The notes below the pieces were generated by a model. The model did not search any database and was not told the origin of the DNA. It worked only from the letters and a program-made list of their open reading frames with translations. A DNA stretch of 64,000 nucleotides from Trichoplax adhaerens (Eukaryota; Animalia; Placozoa). Each line of letters opens with the position of its first letter. Position 1 is the first letter of the stretch. The stretch lies in the NCBI RefSeq assembly GCF_000150275.1, contig NW_002060945.1:9130011-9194010 (forward strand), read 5' to 3'. The translations under genes were made by a program, and so were the position numbers. Below are positions 62,417 to 64,000 of this stretch, piece by piece.

Positions 62417-64000
62417 ATGCCGACAGCTTTCACCATTGGAATTATCCAAATAACCTCAGGTGTGGTCAGCACCATTTTGGCAATATTGGGATGGATACTA
62501 CTAGATGAAATTCGTCATGAATATTTGTTAATTTCCACTGCTTTACCTACAATAGCGGTAAGTTTAGCATTTTTCGTCTAATATAAGTACATTGAGTATT
62601 TAGGATAGAGAGCATACATTAACACAATTTATTTTTTACCAATTCCAGTGTGCATATTGTATATTCTGTTCGATACTCTTTTCATAACGTGTAAAGAAGT
62701 TTAATTAATTAATATTACTTTTTATAATTTCACTGTAATGTATCGAATAGTAACGCAACCTTGATAAAATTTTAATTCACTCACTGATATTGCTGTAGAT
62801 GTTCTTATGTGGTATGTGCGCCATCGGTTTCGTACGAAAATCTTTGCATTCTCTGGTAAGCTAGATCATGAGCTACAATCATGATACAATTTATGATATT
62901 CAAATTCCGTGTCAACAGTTTCGCGGATGTTAGCAATTTTAAGACTTTATAGAGTTTAAACCTTTCAAAAGTCATCCTAAAAGAATTATGTTAAAGCAAA
63001 TAGAATCAGGAATAGATAAGCATGCATATAGTGCGTGAATCAACAATGAACTGTATTAACAATTTTCATTTTAATTTCATCTAGTTAATTGGCATCATAT
63101 TTTTTGCAACGATTTGCGTGGCTAGCGAGATTTTCAGTATTGCGTCTCACTCTTACATCATTTACATATTTTCAAGAAGGAATTCCAAAGTTGTCGAGCT
63201 AGCAGTTGCAAGTATTTCGCTTATTCTATCGTGTATTTTTGGAGTATTTAATGGCTATGTCATTATCAAGTTTGCTCGCTATCTCGTTACCGTCAATGCC
63301 TCATTCGAAGGAGACGCTACACAAAGTAATAATCAACAATCTGGAATGGCTTCCACTACAACCCCAGTCGACGCACACTTTCTGTTCTTCGGATTATTCG
63401 GCCCAGGCTTGTTTCAGCTAGTATCTGGAGGTGTTACACTTGTACTTGGTATAGTTAGTCTAGTAGTTCTTCAAGGAGGTTTTGCACCAGCTACCTGCTA
63501 TCTCGGAAGTATTGTAAGTATTCCACAAGACTAAACTGTTTTACGTAACCTGCAATCTTATAAGTACTAACACAATGATCGCCTAATTATTTCTCATATA
63601 TTTGCTGGATCGGGAATCAGATGATTGCGAGCGGTACCATTACTCATTTAACTCAAAAGTTAAGAAATATTAAATCATTGGTAATATCCCAATAAGTGAT
63701 TCTTATTTTTGCCGAAGAGTGTAGCAAACAGTATCATACAACTAAAATCATATATTTCCTTCTCCTGGTTTAGACTACCTGGTCTTTGATCACTTCGAAA
63801 TGGGCATGTCTTTGGTCTTTTGCTCTAATAGTTTCATCCACACTTTATCTCGTTTTTAACATCATTGGAAGACAAATTTTTGCGGCCTATATTGCATTTT
63901 ATGTTTTAGTCATGATAGCTGGTTTGCTTAATTTGGTGGGTTCAGCAATCATTACCTTCAAAATGGCGAGTTTGGAGGAAGTTCCAGTTTTCAAATTGAC
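62417..64000 (+). CDS. Multi-pass membrane protein with two tandem MS4A/CD20-like units (partial, 3' end outside the window)
   Basis: Exons 62417-62557, 62799-62855, 63085-63513, 63621-63680 and 63774->64000; all phase 0, GT-AG, open frame. About 8 hydrophobic segments. TM1-like motifs IGIIQITSGVVSTILAILG and PGLFQLVSGGVTLVLGIVS. Family assignment is by resemblance only. Confidence 0.7.

Overview
AT-rich, intron-rich eukaryotic (animal) DNA with short GT-AG introns. Gene content and compactness suggest a placozoan such as Trichoplax (inference only). The ORF track misses most genes because they are spliced, so I rebuilt models by hand from splice sites and reading frames. Seven protein-coding genes are supported: (1) a minus-strand gene with one large Sel1-repeat exon spliced in frame to at least 15 small phase-1 exons, running off the left edge; (2) a C10orf67-like (DUF4709/DUF4724) coiled-coil gene; (3) an intronless SKIDA1/EPOP-like gene; (4) a PTPRN/IA-2-type receptor phosphatase; (5) WDR12; (6) METTL6; (7) a doubled MS4A/CD20-like membrane protein running off the right edge. 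There are also many local tandem duplications, clusters of a TACAGTAC/GTACTGTA motif near gene 5' ends, and several short GC-rich hairpins. The most striking observation is in gene 1: eight consecutive coiled-coil exons are all symmetric phase 1 and exactly 105 or 147 nt (5 or 7 heptads), a heptad-quantised modular rod attached to a Sel1 scaffold. No rRNA, tRNA, CRISPR array or transposase was recognised.
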